Positions 19,838 to 30,481 of a stretch of DNA of 64,000 nucleotides are shown piece after piece. The stretch comes from Methanobacteriota archaeon (GTDB lineage Archaea > Halobacteriota > Bog-38 > Methanoflorentales > Methanoflorentaceae): assembly GCA_963719035.1 (NCBI GenBank), contig CAVRAO010000012.1:64001-128000 (forward strand), read 5' to 3'. The notes under the pieces are model-generated. The model worked only from the letters and a program-made list of their open reading frames with translations. It searched no databases and was not told where the DNA came from. The position numbers were made by a program, and so were the translations under genes. The first letter of the stretch is position 1. Each line of letters begins with the position of its first letter.

Positions 19838-21493
19838 TCAACCTTTGCGTTCGAGCCATTCGGTGGCCCGCGCAACTGCCTCAAGTGTCGACGAGCCGAC
19901 CTCGTCTCGCGCTAAAAAGACGTTCTCGGCGCCAAAGACCTCCCAATATTTGGACCGTCCTAGCTGCTCATTGAGGTTGTCACTCACGCCGGTGAGCACG
20001 AGCTTGCCGCCGTTGCTTTGAAGCTCTCGTGCATAGCGTCCAAGCACCTTGAGGAAGGTGCTACCGAGTTCACGCCGCCCGCGGAGGCGCAATATCACGA
20101 CCGCGCGTTTTGACTCCTTTGCTTCAGGAAGGAGACTCTGAAGGGTCGGAGCCGAAGCGAAGAAAGCGCTCCCGTAGAAGTCGAGCACCGTAACACGATC
20201 ACTGGGCAGAATCGCGGGCGTTTTGCGTTCGCGGACGGAACCGTCGTCGCTGACCGCAAGCTCAACCAACTGGATGTCTAACGATGTCTTGTAGACGTGA
20301 AGAACAACTGAGGCGGCGACGCCAAACAGCACCGCGATCTGTATGGGCAGCACTAAGGTCGCTCCAAAGGTGAGCACTAAAACCGTGCGCGAGGAGAGGC
20401 TCGTTCGCCATACCTCACGAATCTGCTGGCCCCGAATGATTTCGACACCGGCAAACACAAGTAACGCAGAGATCGTGGGGAGGGGAACGGTTTTTAGCTG
20501 CGCGCCAAAGATGATGACGAGGGCGGCCACGAAAACGCCTGTGAGGATGTTAGCTATACGTGTCTTCGCTCCGGCGGCCAGCACAACGGCCGTCTGTGAG
20601 ACCGAGCCGCCGAGCGGCATGCCTTGGAAGAGGCCCGCGACAATATTGCCAAGGCCCTGTCCGGCGAAGTCGCGCGACACGTCCGGATACTCACCGTCAG
20701 GATTCGGGATGCTGCTGCTAACACCGACCCCTTGGATGAGTCCAATGATGGCGAGGGCGAGAGCCGAACCGAGGATGATTGGGCTTAGTAACAGATTAGG
20801 GAGTGCTGGCAGCAGTGGGCCGATCGAGATATCAGCGATGCTCCCTACGAGCCCCACAGAGCTCAAGCCCAGCAGCTGAACGACTACTGTCGTGACGATC
20901 AACGCGGCGACGGCGGCGAAGTTGCGAAGGCGGGTTTGATAAATCACAATAATGATAACGAGCGTCAGCATCCCTATGGACGCGGATATCGGGTTAACCA
21001 AGTTGAGATGCGCGAGCAGATCCAGCGTTTGCATCAGCTTGTTGCTTCCGGTAGTATCGTAGCCCGCAAAGTTGCCTAACTGTCCAAGTATGATAAGCAC
21101 GGCAACGCCGCTCAAGAACCCCGTCATGACCGCGTTTGAGATAAAACGGGTGAGGCGGCCCAATTTCAGCAACCCTGCAAGCAGCTGAAACACGCCAACG
21201 AGAAAGGTAAGCACGAACAATGCCTCTATTCGGACATCGCTCGCGACACCAGAAAGGGAAGCGCCGACGATAAGGGCCATCGCGGCCGTCGTGCTCACCG
21301 ACATCAGCTCAGAGCTCGTTGCGAGACCAGCTACCGGTATCCCTACGATCAGCGCGCGTAGAGCGTAGATCGGGTTGACACCGGCAAGAACAGCATCGGC
21401 GATCGCGCTTGGAACGTTCACGATGCCGTTCGTCAGGCCGGCGATCGTGTCGGCGCCGAGATGCTCTTTGTAACGTTTCGGGATGGAAACCAT
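19838..21493 (-). CDS. SulP/SLC26 anion transporter with STAS domain
   Basis: DTIAGLT, ISNAVMTGF, QGLGN, GGSVSQT, C-terminal FFASA STAS. Confidence 0.93.
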   Translation of the reverse strand: MVSIPKRYKEHLGADTIAGLTNGIVNVPSAIADAVLAGVNPIYALRALIVGIPVAGLATSSELMSVSTTAAMALIVGASLSGVASDVRIEALFVLTFLVGVFQLLAGLLKLGRLTRFISNAVMTGFLSGVAVLIILGQLGNFAGYDTTGSNKLMQTLDLLAHLNLVNPISASIGMLTLVIIIVIYQTRLRNFAAVAALIVTTVVVQLLGLSSVGLVGSIADISIGPLLPALPNLLLSPIILGSALALAIIGLIQGVGVSSSIPNPDGEYPDVSRDFAGQGLGNIVAGLFQGMPLGGSVSQTAVVLAAGAKTRIANILTGVFVAALVIIFGAQLKTVPLPTISALLVFAGVEIIRGQQIREVWRTSLSSRTVLVLTFGATLVLPIQIAVLFGVAASVVLHVYKTSLDIQLVELAVSDDGSVRERKTPAILPSDRVTVLDFYGSAFFASAPTLQSLLPEAKESKRAVVILRLRGRRELGSTFLKVLGRYARELQSNGGKLVLTGVSDNLNEQLGRSKYWEVFGAENVFLARDEVGSSTLEAVARATEWLERKG

Positions 21494-21518
21494 GCGTCCC
21501 CTCGCCTCGGCGTTCGCC

Positions 21519-21932
21519 TACTTATTCTTCATCTCATCGTACAGTTTGCGCATTCTTGGATCACGTAAGTTTGCGCATTCTTGGATCACGTAAGGTGTCT
21601 TTTAGAACATCATCCATCATGGTTCGAGTATGTGTCAGTTCGCTTTTTAGGCCGTCGAGCTTGGTTTCGGTCGCGTACCACTCATCGAATAAAGCGTCCA
21701 TCTCATTGTTCAGTTCAAATATATTCTTTAAGTCTGCGCTCCCCGCATCGTGTGCTTGTTTGGCGACCTGCGATTGTTGATCAGCAACCACACCCATCTT
21801 GGCGATCAGATGGTGCTTACTCGCGATTAGTTTTTGTACTGTCTTGTCCGATCGCTTTTATACGCTCAGCGTATGCGGCACGTTCTTTAAATAAGTCGTC
21901 AAGTTCTTGCTGAGTGTAGATATATCGGGTCA
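21519..21932 (-). CDS. Coiled-coil hypothetical protein, interrupted by an indel and a 25-bp tandem duplication
   Basis: MTRYIYTQQELDDLF... joins ORF 21561-21797; without the duplication it ends RKLYDEMKNK. Confidence 0.45.
21543..21592 (+). repeat. Perfect 25-bp tandem duplication
   Basis: AGTTTGCGCATTCTTGGATCACGTA x2. Confidence 0.95.
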
Positions 21933-22141
21933 TTGGTCATCGTTTAGTCATCGTTCGCGCTTCGCTTCACGTAATCACTGCAGTCCGCATAGCGCTAGTT
22001 CGCCGAAGCTAATAATATTTTTTTATTTTGTGGCGTCGATTACGCTCTAAGGAAAAGCTAAGCAGACCTGCTGAATAAGCGGAAAAACATATCTTCCTTA
22101 AATGCACGCTCTATATAATTAAAAAAAGGAGGTGAAAACAT

Positions 22142-22726
22142 ATGGATCAAGCTGGGGTGCCGACCTATAGCGGAGAACCTGTAGGAGCAACAGCTTACGA
22201 GACGCCTATGCAAGGACCACGCCTCCGTCATCAAAGCGTTGGGATTCGTTTTGCAGCGACAGTGATAGACAGCTTAGTGCTCGGTCTAATCTCTTGGATA
22301 CTAATAGTTTTAGCAATAGGATCAGCTTTTTCTTCGGTTGCACCGATTCAGCCCGCAACTACTGGTGACGTTAATGCGACTGTGGCACAGATTAATGCGA
22401 CTTTGACACAAGTTAGTGGAGCGTTAAGCGCAGGAATTGTTGCTGCAGCAGTCATAACACTTATTGTGTGGTTCCTCTACTATACGCTGCTCGAGGGCCG
22501 CTATGGGCAGACGCTTGGCAAATGGTTTGTTAAGATCAAAGTTGTCAAGGAAGATGGCGCTCCGATCAGCTACGGCGACGCTGCGGTTAGGACAATTCTT
22601 CGCATCATAGATGGACTTTTTGACTATCTTGTCGGTGCCATATTGATATGGACATCAGATAAAAAACAGCGTTTGGGAGATAGACTAGCCCATACAGTCG
22701 TTGTTCAGCTTTGTGACGCTGAATAG
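22142..22726 (+). CDS. RDD family membrane protein
   Basis: RFAATVID, GQTLGK, QRLGDRLAHTVVV; RBS GGAGGTGA. Confidence 0.93.
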   Translation: MDQAGVPTYSGEPVGATAYETPMQGPRLRHQSVGIRFAATVIDSLVLGLISWILIVLAIGSAFSSVAPIQPATTGDVNATVAQINATLTQVSGALSAGIVAAAVITLIVWFLYYTLLEGRYGQTLGKWFVKIKVVKEDGAPISYGDAAVRTILRIIDGLFDYLVGAILIWTSDKKQRLGDRLAHTVVVQLCDAE

Positions 22727-22747
22727 CTCGCAGATGCTCGCCGCACC

Positions 22748-22763
22748 TTTTTTTCTTTTTTTT
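22748..22763 (+). terminator. Archaeal oligo-T terminator
   Basis: T7-C-T8 about 20 bp after the RDD stop codon. Confidence 0.55.
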
Positions 22764-22823
22764 AGCACATTATAACAATTATCTTATAGCCCTTGCTTAT
22801 ACTGTTATATGGAGGTGTAAACT

Positions 22824-22998
22824 ATGGCTGGTCCATTGCTATGGTTAGCGGGTAATCTTCTTGATATGTGCCGTTGTTTGGGGCGTCCTTGGATTTGGAG
22901 GCTTCATCGTGATTGCAGCAACTCTCCTATGGTGGGGCATTATAATATTTGTCATACTATTCGTCGTAGCGCTCATTGCGAGTTTGTTTAGACGGTGA
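22824..22998 (+). CDS. DUF1328-like small membrane protein (1-bp frameshift; not in ORF track)
   Basis: RBS GGAGGTG; MAGPLLWLA.IFLICAVVWGVLGFGG...IFVILFVVALIASLFRR. Confidence 0.65.
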
Positions 22999-23512
22999 GT
23001 ATGAACGGTGAACAAAGACAACTTGACAGTAATTACGGTATTTTTCGCACCTTTAGGGGTTTAGGTATTTGTTTTACCCTTTATTTTTTTTGAGGTCCTC
23101 TAAGGAGGTAAATATACTGTCGTTACTGTTATACTATTTTTTAAACGAGCTGCGGCCATAGTTTACAAACGAAAAAAAAATCAAGTTGCTTAAGAACTTA
23201 TTTGGTTTAAGCAGGGCGGTCACAGTTTTTCTTTCAGAAGGAGAACCGCAGGTACACCTTCTTTAGGGGGGTTGCCTTGTATAATAAGACGCGTCTTCGC
23301 AACTTAGGGGCTTTAGATCTTTTACATAATCCACGATGCTGTTTTACGATAGGTCGTAAACGGAGAGTTATTCACGACCTTAAAATCGAAGCGCCGTAGC
23401 TATTGCGCCCAGCCCCCTCTTTGCAGGTCTAACGATCGGCTTGCTAATGACAGACTTAGAGGGCCTAACGTTTATCGGAGTGGGCACTCGTGACTTTAAG
23501 AAAAAGAATGTT

Positions 23513-24617
23513 TTACGACCCGCTCGCCTGTGCGACAGCTGGCGCTTGTTCTTCCCGCTCTTTGAGAACGTCCTTGTACGTTCGCCACATCGCAAGGGCA
23601 AAGCCCATGATTGCCGGCCCGATTGCAAATCCGACTATCCCAAACGACGCAAGGGCGAACGTGAATGCGATAAGCGTAAGCACCCGCGGAATTTTCGCGG
23701 TCCGTTCCATCCACCGCGGCTGAAGGATATACCGAACGATCAATTCAAAAATGACAATGCTAACGATGAGCACGAGGAGGCCTTGAACCGTTTGCCCTTG
23801 AATCATGAGCCAGATCGCGAGCGGGATGTAAATGAGAGCGCGTCCGATGGACGGAATGAGACCGACAAACACGATGAAGATCGCGAACGTAACGAAGTAC
23901 GGGACGCCAATTAATCCGTAAATAACAGCAGCGAGTATGCCGCAAAGGACGGCTACAACGGCGTATATCACGAAGAAATTATAGTAGATCGGGTTGAGAT
24001 GGTCGAGGAACCGATTGACAAGCGACCAATATTTCGGGGGTGCGATACTCTTGAAATCGTTGACGATGACATCGCCTTTCGTAAGAAGGCCGATCAAGAG
24101 TACGAAAACGAGGATGAGCTGGAACAGTAGTAAGGGGATATTGATAAGAATGTTCCGTGCGACGCCGCCTGCGGTCTGAGTGAACGTCGTAACGATGATG
24201 CTTCCCCCGGTTGCGAGGCCCGCGATAAGTGTAGCTATAGGTCCTGCATTCGCTAGCCCGGGGTTGGCGAGCTTGACCGTGTTGGTGAGCCCTTCGCTAA
24301 GCGTTGCGTTGCTAGCTCGCTGCTCCTGCCGCGATTTGTGCAATTTCGCTCACTACGATAACGGTAAGGTTGAGGAGAGCGAATGACAGGAGGAGGAGAA
24401 CCACGATTACGACTATGAGCGCCGCGATGCCGCGACGATGGATATACTTTGTGAGCCAACTCGTTGGCCACCATAGGACGTACCCGGCCCATAGGGCTAA
24501 CAACAAGGCAAAACGCCAGGGCCAGACCATATACAAAAGCAGCAGCACAACCGCCAAAGTGATGAGAAGAAAGACAACGTTAGCGCGATTTTTTTCGAAG
24601 TATGTAAGATCGACCAT
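23513..24617 (-). CDS. AI-2E family transporter, frameshift near 24320
   Basis: Two ORFs joined; IPSIGRALIYIP, FGIVGFAIGP. Confidence 0.88.
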
Positions 24618-25014
24618 GGTTCGATATCTGTCAGTTAGTTTTGCGCAAACTTAGGAGTGATGACGACTGCTATATATATTAGTTTTTTGTTTTAATTCAA
24701 CTTTTATAGCGATTTTAGAGTCAGACGACGTTCTCGGCTTAATATATCCAGTATTCGGCCAATAGAGATGAATTTCGTTGTTTGATCGGGTTCGCTATCG
24801 GGAACTTTGTGATTGGCGTTGTTTGAATCAACTTGCAAGAATCTCTCAAGATGAGCGGTTGGAAGCGCAGAGTGGCTGACGCTTTCTCATTTTTCGAAGT
24901 CGCGAATCACGTCATCCAAGAGGCCGCCAAAATCAGAACCCTAATATACGTAAAATACGCTTTTACTTTAGATCGTGCGACGGTGCGATCTAAGAACCAA
25001 GCAGGATAGAAGAA

Positions 25015-26115
25015 GTGATCGACATTGGCAGTTTCCTTGCAGAACGGCGCTATTCCACTTTAGTTCTGCTCATTGCGCTCTTCATTACGTTCTTAGTTCT
25101 CTTAATTTCCTGGCCGTGGGTCAATGTAATCTTCCTAAGTCTCTGGGCCGCGTACATCCTCTGGTTCCCGGCACGGTGGCTTGAGCGGCGTATCCATAGA
25201 CGTGTGCTGTCGTCGTTCCTCGTCATGCTCCTTATCATCGTCCTATATTTGGTAATGATCTTCCAAGTCGTCTACATACTCGCAAATGAACTGACGAGTT
25301 TTACGCTCGCGACGGGAACGGCGAATACAACGCTGGGCAACGCTTTAGCGTACTCCCTTGGCTTGAGCGGGGTTCCTGTAGTGACAAACGTCACGGCCGG
25401 TGCGGGACAGGCGGGATCAAATATCCTCACCGCATCCGTTAATGCCGCATTAGCTATCATACAAGGCATTATTAAGTCAGCGCCGCTGTATCTCTTTCAG
25501 CTGTTCATTGTCACCCTTTTGGTCTGGTACCTGCTCATCAACGGCGATCACATCGTAGCGGAGTTCAAGTCCCTCGCGCCCCGCAACCACCAGGGCGCCG
25601 TGAACGCGTTCTTAGGTCACCTCAATTCGATATACCACGCCCTCTATGTCAACTATATTCTTGCAGCTGTGATCAGCGGTGTCATCGCCCTCGTCTTCTT
25701 CCCAATAATCGGCGTGCCGTATGCGTTTACGCTCGGATTCCTCATGCTCACTGTCGGGGTCATCCCGATCATTGGGAGGGCTCTCGTCTACGTCCCCGTC
25801 TCGCTCTACTTCTTCGTTATCGGGGACCCAATAAAAGGAATCGTAGTGCTCATCGTAAGCATCATATTATTCCAACTCATCGTCGGTATCTACCTCATAC
25901 CGCTATTGGGGCGTCGCAGCAAGGCGAGCATACCAAAACCCGTTGCCCTCCTCGCGTACGTTATTCCCTTTGCAGCGCTCGGGCTTGCCGGGGTCGTTGT
26001 CGGGCCGGCGGTGTATGGGTTTGCCCTCGCGTTGTACCGGACCTACTACGACAAGCGAAAGGAAGAGGATGCGCTTGCAGAACGTCCGCCCTCAGCTGAG
26101 GCTAGCGCTCCTTGA
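25015..26115 (+). CDS. AI-2E family transporter, divergent paralog
   Basis: IPIIGRALVYVP, LGLAGVVVGP; clearly similar to the upstream copy. Confidence 0.9.
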   Translation: MIDIGSFLAERRYSTLVLLIALFITFLVLLISWPWVNVIFLSLWAAYILWFPARWLERRIHRRVLSSFLVMLLIIVLYLVMIFQVVYILANELTSFTLATGTANTTLGNALAYSLGLSGVPVVTNVTAGAGQAGSNILTASVNAALAIIQGIIKSAPLYLFQLFIVTLLVWYLLINGDHIVAEFKSLAPRNHQGAVNAFLGHLNSIYHALYVNYILAAVISGVIALVFFPIIGVPYAFTLGFLMLTVGVIPIIGRALVYVPVSLYFFVIGDPIKGIVVLIVSIILFQLIVGIYLIPLLGRRSKASIPKPVALLAYVIPFAALGLAGVVVGPAVYGFALALYRTYYDKRKEEDALAERPPSAEASAP

Positions 26116-26326
26116 CCGGACACTTGACACGCGAGGCGGCGTCAGGTTTGGTTCACGGGCTAACTTAAACGAGGTTTTCGTGCGTCAACTGGCAAACTAT
26201 TGCCCCAACTTGTCCGAGCGATGAAATTGGGGACGCTGGTTCGAGCCTGCGATGTAAGCCACAACGGGCCGGCAGTCGAAGAATCGAGCTACCATCCGAA
26301 GGCCGCGGAATGCAAGCGTTAGAGCC

Positions 26327-27640
26327 TCACGCACCTGCGAGCTTAGCGCGCTGTGACCTCCGCGTCCTCAAGGCGGTACCGATGACGAGCGCCGTAGCGG
26401 TTGCAAGGCCAATGTACCCGAGCTGGTACGTGTTGGCCGTCGCCACGGTGACCGTGAGCAAGATGGCGGCAAATGGTGCACCCAGCACGAGCGTGACAGC
26501 CGCTGCTATGATACCCGTGATCAGCAAACCGGCAGGCACGCTCGGAAAGAGCAGGCTGATGGCGAGGGCTACCATTGTGGAGGCGAACAGCGTTGGGAAG
26601 ATAGGTCCCCCGATATACCCGCTCTTGAACGAGAGTGCCAAGAGGAGGACCTTGAGAATCGCCAGGCCCAGCAACATCAGTACGCCGTATGCTACCGGGT
26701 TAGCGAGGATCGGGTGAATCTGCGCTTCGCCTGAGAACAGCACTTCAGGAACGAAGTAGCCGACGATGGCAATGATCACCCCTCCCGCCATAACGCGTTC
26801 GATGAACCGGTCTTTAAACACGCGGTCCATAACCCTGCCGATGCCCTGAAGCGAAACGCCGATGAAAATCGCCAACAGAGCGCCGATGATGCCGAGGATG
26901 ACCGCACCGACCGAGTATGGAAGCGTAAGCGCATTCGCCGGCGTGGAAGCGATGCTTGAAGCGAAAGCCGGGTACCCGATGAGCGCAAAGAACATGTAGC
27001 CGATCACCCCGGCGACCAGGTTCCACGCGATCTGCTTTAGGCTTCCATTGTCACCACCCAATTCGGTGGCGAACAACGCAGCGAAGAGGGGATTGCCGAT
27101 AATGCCGTTGAGGGCCGAGGCAAGGCCGGCCATGGCGAAGCCCAGCATCGTTCGCTCCGCCAACCGCAGCTTAGTGCCGAGCCACGCGGCTATGTCCACG
27201 ACAAGAAAGGTGAGGGGCCCCTCAGGGCCGACGCTTGCTCCGGAAAGCAGCGAGAAAAAGGACGTCAGCAACGCGCCAGGAAACGTCGAGTAGTCGGGGT
27301 GGAAGTTTGGGTCTGTCAGGACATCTTCCATGCTGCCATGGATCACGTTCGGGGCGCGCATGTACTTCCCCACGAGCCCGACGAGCAACGAGAAGAACAG
27401 GACGAGGACGGGGATCATCCAGCGGTTGGTTACGACGAAGTCGTTCTGCCAGAAGGCCGTGTTAAGAAAACCTAATATTTCTAGAAAAGCCAGCGTGAAG
27501 AGGACAGAAATCAAAGCGACAAAGATGATCTGCCGAATCTTTGGAATCCGTTCGCCTGCTGAAACGCGCACTACTGGTTCGGCTCGGTGTTCAGGGACGT
27601 CTGCTGTTTCTTTCGCGTCAGTCAAAGCCAAATCCCCCAA
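26327..27640 (-). CDS. CLC-family (YfeO-like) anion channel/transporter 1
   Basis: GASVGPEGP, FSGE, GYIGGPIFP. Confidence 0.88.
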   Translation of the reverse strand: MGDLALTDAKETADVPEHRAEPVVRVSAGERIPKIRQIIFVALISVLFTLAFLEILGFLNTAFWQNDFVVTNRWMIPVLVLFFSLLVGLVGKYMRAPNVIHGSMEDVLTDPNFHPDYSTFPGALLTSFFSLLSGASVGPEGPLTFLVVDIAAWLGTKLRLAERTMLGFAMAGLASALNGIIGNPLFAALFATELGGDNGSLKQIAWNLVAGVIGYMFFALIGYPAFASSIASTPANALTLPYSVGAVILGIIGALLAIFIGVSLQGIGRVMDRVFKDRFIERVMAGGVIIAIVGYFVPEVLFSGEAQIHPILANPVAYGVLMLLGLAILKVLLLALSFKSGYIGGPIFPTLFASTMVALAISLLFPSVPAGLLITGIIAAAVTLVLGAPFAAILLTVTVATANTYQLGYIGLATATALVIGTALRTRRSQRAKLAGA

Positions 27641-27889
27641 AGGCCGTTTTCAGTCGAATAGGGCGATGCTCGGCACAGCCATCTAGAAGTTTTTGGTGCT
27701 GCATTCACAAAGATCCAGTTTTTTGCAATCCTTAAGACTACGATTTTGAACAAGAAGGTAACTTGTGGATTTTAAAGCTTTCTCTTTTGTCCAACGCCTC
27801 CGGGGGGCAGCCGCCCGGTAAAAAAGGATCTTATACGACCGATGGGTGTGCGTAGGTCTTTACCCTCATCAAAAAAAGAGGCCTGTTAG

Positions 27890-28210
27890 AACTGCGTGTC
27901 AGAAAAGAATTCCCTGCGAAGTGAACTCGGCTATTTTGTAACCACAATAAGAGATTCTCCTTCTGCAAGGCGTGAATCGCTTCCAGGCACGGCCAGAGTG
28001 CCGTCATTGTTCACTCTGATGAACGGTCTTGTCCCATCGAGCGTGCCCCCTTCTTAGGATAGGGCTTGCCTAAGAAAAAGTGCCTTTTTATGACCCGTGA
28101 CGTTGACTATTGGGGGCCAGCATTCCCAGACACCAGTCAGGGTCGAGCGTTGATAAGGCGATAAAGTCAAAATGTCTTCTGCAGTCTATACGTGCGATCG
28201 GTGTTTCTTG
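27890..28210 (-). pseudogene. Degraded TrkA-C/RCK_C domain remnant
   Basis: Minus strand IRVNNDGTLAVPGSDSRLAEGESLIVVT. Confidence 0.4.
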
Positions 28211-28292
28211 TTAAGCGAAGCTTCTGCGCTAAAAAAGTTATACTAAAAAAGGGGGGGCAACAAATTGAAGCAGAGGGGCCCGCCGCGCTCGT

Positions 28293-28640
28293 CTAAAGAC
28301 CGAGAACCTGTTTCTTCTTAGCTTCAAATTCCTCGTTTGTTGCAATGCTGAGGTTAGCAGATCTGCCAAGCGCTCGAGCTCGGCTGCGTAGTCCGTTGCG
28401 GCGTCCTTGAGGTGCTCCACCTTAGCTTGTTTGTGGCTCTATATGCAGGTTGTCGACTGCCCTTTGTAGCTGCTCGTAAACGGATGCATTCATTGGCATC
28501 CCACCGGGATGAGGGCTGGTGCAAAGGCGGCAGAGCAGGCAATAGAAGCGTAGAGTGATGATCAGGTGCTCCTTGAAGCGGTAGCCCACGCACCGGAGCT
28601 TGCGCAGGTGCTCGAAAAATGGGGGAAGATATTTTAATGG
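28293..28640 (-). pseudogene. SHOCT-domain protein, fragmented
   Basis: DYAAELERLADL...NEEFEAKKKQVLGL across a frameshift. Confidence 0.65.
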
Positions 28641-28649
28641 AATCCACGT

Positions 28650-29096
28650 TTAGGCACCTCCTTTTACCATCATCGCTTTCTCTACATCCTGGATCGTTTC
28701 AGGGGAGATCCGCCCCATGTCGATCAGCTCGGCATCCGCGTCAAGGAGTGCCTCCTTGAACTGGATGGCCCAAACGTTCTCGAACAGAAGAAGGGCGGCC
28801 GAGCTGTTGTTGGGCAACGTTGCGGCGATCACTTCTATGTCGCCTTCTGAGAACCATTCACGGGTATTCTTTGACAATTCATTGAACGCAGCTCCCACTT
28901 CTCCTTCCAGGTTCTCTGTCTCGGCTATAACCAGTTTACCATTCTTATCCCTCATAATGAAAACCAGATCGATCACCCGGATAATGCCTTTTTTTTCGAG
29001 TCTCGTCAGCTCTGGGGCAATCTTGCCACTGAACTTGTTTCCGGGAAACCTGACCATCAGGTAGTCCACCGGTCCCATTACCTTGCCTTGTGTCAT
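28650..29096 (-). CDS. DUF6325/DUF1269-like protein
   Basis: MGPVDYLMVRFPG..F.G.IAPEL...IRVIDLVF...SAALLLFENVWA. Confidence 0.8.
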   Translation of the reverse strand: MTQGKVMGPVDYLMVRFPGNKFSGKIAPELTRLEKKGIIRVIDLVFIMRDKNGKLVIAETENLEGEVGAAFNELSKNTREWFSEGDIEVIAATLPNNSSAALLLFENVWAIQFKEALLDADAELIDMGRISPETIQDVEKAMMVKGGA

Positions 29097-29359
29097 AATA
29101 CTCCTTCAGTACGCCCCTCTATAAAAGGGATCACTTAAGTTAACTGGGGGAACCCAATTAAAATATCTTCCCGTGATGACGAATAATTATCAGCTGCCGC
29201 TGCCTGAGCATTTTTTACGATGTCTATGTGCAGTTTTGGAAGTGTGTCGAATTGACACTGTCTTAGCGCAGCGGGGTCAACTTCAAGTAAATAGTAAGGA
29301 CCTAGGTCGGCCTTATTTAGATGTTCAAAAAAAGAAGCTGTGAATCAATCAAATGCCAG

Positions 29360-29752
29360 TTAGCCTCTGCTGATTGTTGATATATGGGCTGAGTCAAATT
29401 CGCAAACGATAGTTTCAGGGCTTGACATATCGATTCGAGAGAGGTGAACCACGAGCCTCAAAGGTATGAAAGCATTTGTCTGTCTGTTTATGAAGTCTCC
29501 CTCAAGTTGAATCTGCTCGTCAGTTTTAAGATGCTGGTAGAGCTGTGGCAATAACCTTTGGTCTTCCTTAGGGTCAAGAAAAATTACGCCGTATATGTCC
29601 GCCAGTCCGTCAACCGTAGCCCTTGGGTCTTCAAAAGTCCCCGCGTGTATTTCATCCCGCTTGATTGAGCATCTGGCAAAGCCCTGCCCAGTTTGCTCCT
29701 GATCGTCAAGATAGAAGGTCAAATCACCGACGCTTTCATATTCTTCCCGCAT
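29360..29752 (-). CDS. Hypothetical protein
   Basis: 130-aa ORF with globular composition; TATA-like TTTAAA upstream. Confidence 0.55.
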   Translation of the reverse strand: MREEYESVGDLTFYLDDQEQTGQGFARCSIKRDEIHAGTFEDPRATVDGLADIYGVIFLDPKEDQRLLPQLYQHLKTDEQIQLEGDFINRQTNAFIPLRLVVHLSRIDMSSPETIVCEFDSAHISTISRG

Positions 29753-29965
29753 TGTGTCCCAGATATAGAATGATATCTAAGTCTTTAAACTGTTGGATTT
29801 AAGCACGAAACCGCAGCTACGGTCTAGTTTTTTGAGCTGGGAATTCTATGACTTGGCAAGCATTCAAACAGAGAGTTAATGCACATAACCGCACAACGAA
29901 GACCGGCGAAGCGGTGGCTGTAAAAGACGCATCGCCGCTTACAACGGGGATAACGGAGGTGAAAA

Positions 29966-30094
29966 ATGCCAGGAGCACTGAAAAAAGCTGCAGTAGTCCA
30001 CCACCACAGAGAGAAGGAAGATAATAAAGCAAGGGAAAGAGACGACCGCGACGCGGGGAAAAAAGCTGCAGTAGTCCACCACAGACGCAAGTAA
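29966..30094 (+). CDS. 42-aa basic His-containing microprotein with internal repeat (not in ORF track)
   Basis: RBS GGAGGTGA; MPGALKKAAVVHHHREKEDNKARERDDRDAGKKAAVVHHRRK. Confidence 0.6.
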   Translation: MPGALKKAAVVHHHREKEDNKARERDDRDAGKKAAVVHHRRK

Positions 30095-30481
30095 GAGGTA
30101 TTAGACTTTTGCGCGGGGGCCAAACCGATTTTATGAGGAGATTAATTTCCTTAAAACGACACCCGCTCATAGATCGCCTTAGGGCCGACATCCCATGTTG
30201 TTCTCGATTCAGCTGGCTTCCGCGGTTCGATTCGTTAGGTACAGGCCGCGGCATTGCGAGTGGCATCTGTTAGTCGCACGCCAGCAAGTAGCAGGGCGAG
30301 GCTCAGTGAGCGACAAAACCCGTTCTAGACGGGTGTTCGCAGATGAGTACGAATCTCGCTTCAAGACTCCTAAACGGATCACGACTGTCATTTCGCAACT
30401 TTGATTTCATCCCGCAGTAGTTGACTAGACATGTCGGGTGGTTGGGGCGACCAATCGAGTGCCTCAAACTTGTGAGGAACT

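Noticed and set aside
21543-21592. 25-bp repeat as a CRISPR or att site
   Set aside because: Adjacent copies with no spacer, and no integrase nearby
29980-30085. Two ~24-bp repeats as a mini-CRISPR
   Set aside because: Only two units, no cas genes, and the repeats are in frame within a microprotein
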